Origin: an uncultured Nitrososphaerota archaeon
GTDB lineage: Archaea; Thermoproteota; Nitrososphaeria; Nitrososphaerales; Nitrosopumilaceae
DNA: 64,000 nt
Direction of reading: 5' to 3'
Assembly (NCBI GenBank): GCA_963824385.1
Contig: CAWGPD010000001.1
Coordinates: 101,615 to 165,614 of the forward strand
Shown: positions 61,724 to 64,000 of the stretch, one piece after another
How positions within the stretch are numbered: the stretch's first letter is position 1
Layout of the letters: each line of letters opens with the position of its first letter
The notes under the pieces: generated by a model
The model's input: only the letters and a program-made list of their open reading frames with translations
Database searches by the model: none
What the model was told of the DNA's origin: nothing
Translations under genes and position numbers: made by a program

Positions 61724-62899
61724 TTATAATCTTTTGGCAAGCAATTTGGATAACGCGTTAGATATGTTCTTTCTAATATTCTTATCATACATATCTGGAA
61801 TTATGTTCTCATAATGTATTTCTTTTTCAGGAATAGTTTTAGCAATTGCCTGTGCTGTTGCAATCAACAAGTCAGTTGTTATCTTTTTTATTTTCTTATC
61901 AAGTATAACTCTCATGATATGAGGAAATACAAGAGCGTTATTGACCTTATTTGGGTATAGATAGCTCCCAGTTGCAATAATTTTTGCGCCAGATGCCTTT
62001 GCAATCTCTGGTTTTACCTCCGGATTAGGATTTGTCAGTGCAAAAATTATCGAATCTTTATTCATACTTTTTATCATTTGTCCATTTAGTAGATTCTTTT
62101 GTCCTGAAACTCCGATAAACACATCAGCATTTTTCATCACATCAAAAAGTTCACCTTTTTCTCTTTTTGGGTTTGTGATTTGTGCCAACTCTTGTTTGTA
62201 CTTGTTCATGCCTTTTGTTCTTCCCTTGTAAATCGCACCTTCAGAATCTGTAACGACGATATTTTTGCAACCTGCTGCTACAAGCAACTTTGTAATTCCA
62301 TACCCTGCAGAACCTGCACCGGCAACAACTATTTTTATCAAATTGATTTGTTTTTTAACAAGTTTTAGCGAATTCAAGAGTGCCGCAAGGGCAACAACCG
62401 AGGTACCGTGTCTATCATCATGAAATACAGGTATTGATAGAGATTTTTCTAATTCTTCAGATATTTCTAAAACTTTAGGTGATTCTATGTCTTCAAGATT
62501 TATTGCACCAAAGACAGGTTCAATTGCTTTAATTGCAGTAATTATTTTCTCCTTGTCAGTTTCATTCAAGCATATTGGAAATGCACTTATGCCCCCAAAC
62601 TCCCTATACAAGACTGCTTTTCCCTCCATAACTGGAAGAGCCGCATCAGGGCCAATATTTCCCAGTCCGAGAATTCTCGTACCATCTGTAATTATGGCTA
62701 CATTATTTCCCTTGGAGGTAAATGCATATTTTTTTTCTGGATGATGATAAATTTCTTCACAGACTGCAGCGACACCAGGTGTGTAAATTAGCTTTATCTG
62801 ATTACGCTTTAGTTTTTTGATTTTTCCAGTAACAATGATTTTGCCTTTGAGTGATTTGTGAAGAGCGATTGCTTTTTTGGCATTATCATCTAAAACCAT
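61724..62899 (-). CDS. NAD(P)-dependent malic enzyme
   Basis: YTPGVA, GLGNIG, PVMEGKA, INLEDI, PVFHDD.HGT, GAGSAG, NKVNN. Confidence 0.92.
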   Translation of the reverse strand: MVLDDNAKKAIALHKSLKGKIIVTGKIKKLKRNQIKLIYTPGVAAVCEEIYHHPEKKYAFTSKGNNVAIITDGTRILGLGNIGPDAALPVMEGKAVLYREFGGISAFPICLNETDKEKIITAIKAIEPVFGAINLEDIESPKVLEISEELEKSLSIPVFHDDRHGTSVVALAALLNSLKLVKKQINLIKIVVAGAGSAGYGITKLLVAAGCKNIVVTDSEGAIYKGRTKGMNKYKQELAQITNPKREKGELFDVMKNADVFIGVSGQKNLLNGQMIKSMNKDSIIFALTNPNPEVKPEIAKASGAKIIATGSYLYPNKVNNALVFPHIMRVILDKKIKKITTDLLIATAQAIAKTIPEKEIHYENIIPDMYDKNIRKNISNALSKLLAKRL

Positions 62900-63157
62900 G
62901 ATATAGATCTAAACTTGACCTTTGTAAGCTTTCTAGTCACATAGTTAGCCCCTATCCAAGAGAAAATACTGACAATGAAGTTATTAGGAGAATGCAAAAT
63001 TCTTCATCAAATACTGAGAGACAAGCAAAAAAATGGCATAGTTTGGCATAGTTTTAAAAAATAATGAATCAGGCTTGCAGGAGTGTAACTTTGATCCATA
63101 TTACGTCTGTACTATCTAACTTTGAACCTCTAAATAGAACTATTTCTGAGTAACGAT

Positions 63158-63415
63158 ATGGAAATTCACGTATACGATACATACGTAGAGGCAAAGGACG
63201 GCCACACGATGCATTTTGACGTCATTACCAGTCAGAAGGATCACGTAAAAGCAATCCAATATGCAAAGGAATGGCTCAAGACAGTCGGAGAGGGCGATTC
63301 AAAGGTATCAACTGAGGAATGTCAGTTCTGCCACTCACAAGGTGCACCAGAACCCATTGCAAACGAGATCCAAAAGAAAGGTTATTTCATCCAAAAGATG
63401 GAAGGCTGCCCGTAA
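63158..63415 (+). CDS. DUF2024 family protein
   Basis: VYDTYV..KDG..MHFDV, ECQFCH. Confidence 0.85.
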   Translation: MEIHVYDTYVEAKDGHTMHFDVITSQKDHVKAIQYAKEWLKTVGEGDSKVSTEECQFCHSQGAPEPIANEIQKKGYFIQKMEGCP

Positions 63416-63490
63416 AGCTATCTACTTAATTTTTTAATCCAATCATTATTTTTAAAAACACTATTAGCGTCAGGCATATCATATCATACC

Positions 63491-63676
63491 ATGACAAAAA
63501 AGATCAAGTATAGTAGACTTTCAATCGAAGGAGACATTCAGACAAGATGGATATGTGGCTGTTTTGAGACAGTGGACGGTTTTTTCAAATTCTGCTCTCA
63601 GCATAAAGAGACAATGAAGCAGACCATAGAATCTCAGATAGACAAACTTGACATGACTACGGTAGTAGAAGAATAA
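63491..63676 (+). CDS. small hypothetical protein
   Basis: WICGC...FC..H; ATG ORF. Confidence 0.55.
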   Translation: MTKKIKYSRLSIEGDIQTRWICGCFETVDGFFKFCSQHKETMKQTIESQIDKLDMTTVVEE

Positions 63677-63687
63677 TATTTCTCAAG

Positions 63688-63963
63688 TCATCTTCTTTTG
63701 GAATATGGCTTGAATGTTATTCCAGCAAGTCCACGGCGAACCATTTTGTTAAATCTCTTACCATGACTAAGATATGGAAATCTCATGTGGATCAGTTCAT
63801 GCACTATGGTATTTTCAAGTACTTTTTCATCTGGAATCTTTCTTATGTTGATAAAGACAACATTATCCAGGATATAGGACACACCAAGATACTTGTAAGC
63901 TGATGTCCTTCTACCTTCAGTTACACTCTTTGGCATTTCCAGTACCTCCTTTGTTGTCAACAA
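63688..63963 (-). CDS. SprT/YgjP-like HEXXH metallopeptidase (may extend beyond the window)
   Basis: IVHELIH....HGKRF. Confidence 0.7.
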   Translation of the reverse strand: MLTTKEVLEMPKSVTEGRRTSAYKYLGVSYILDNVVFINIRKIPDEKVLENTIVHELIHMRFPYLSHGKRFNKMVRRGLAGITFKPYSKRR

Positions 63964-64000
63964 TATCTTGGGTTCTGCAATACTAAATCTTGCACAATAG

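Noticed and set aside
475-62744. Numerous antisense and overlapping ORFs of 60-160 aa in the ORF track
   Set aside because: Shadow ORFs of well-supported genes, with no motifs of their own.

Overview
AT-rich archaeal chromosomal DNA, most likely from an ammonia-oxidising thaumarchaeon (Nitrosopumilales; Nitrosotalea-like is my inference from gene content such as thaumarchaeosortase, a double blue-copper protein, Nre and Alba). The backbone holds an Ni-less hydrogenase-4-like (Ehr) operon, ilvB-ilvN-leuA-leuB, nusA-aspS, oppD/oppF, smc, ino1, dhs, dbh, nre, crcB, pth2, GGR, EF-1beta, cdc48, cyoE and malic enzyme. The main discovery is at 19239-27111: a tandem array of three different cargo-carrying IS6-family elements stacked at one site. 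Each element has its own terminal inverted repeat (TIR) sequence starting GGTTCTGT, and each is preceded by the same 8-mer CGAAATTA. The two intact elements (~3.8 kb) encode a SWIM/Zn-ribbon/HTH/DDE transposase, a divergent small regulator with palindromic operators, and unrelated cargo (PIN/AbrB pair, a COMMD-like protein, Zn fingers). The third is decayed, so the array shows an age gradient away from the nusA promoter. Other notable signals: a Leu/Ile/Val-rich leader peptide with alternative hairpins before ilvB; a CysRS paralogue with an altered Zn site coupled to a GNAT; a secreted His/Met heptad-repeat protein; and 13 reading-frame disruptions, 11 at or next to apparently miscalled AGCT sites and 1 at GATC, which probably reflect host methylation causing long-read errors. 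All calls are by eye; no database searches were run.
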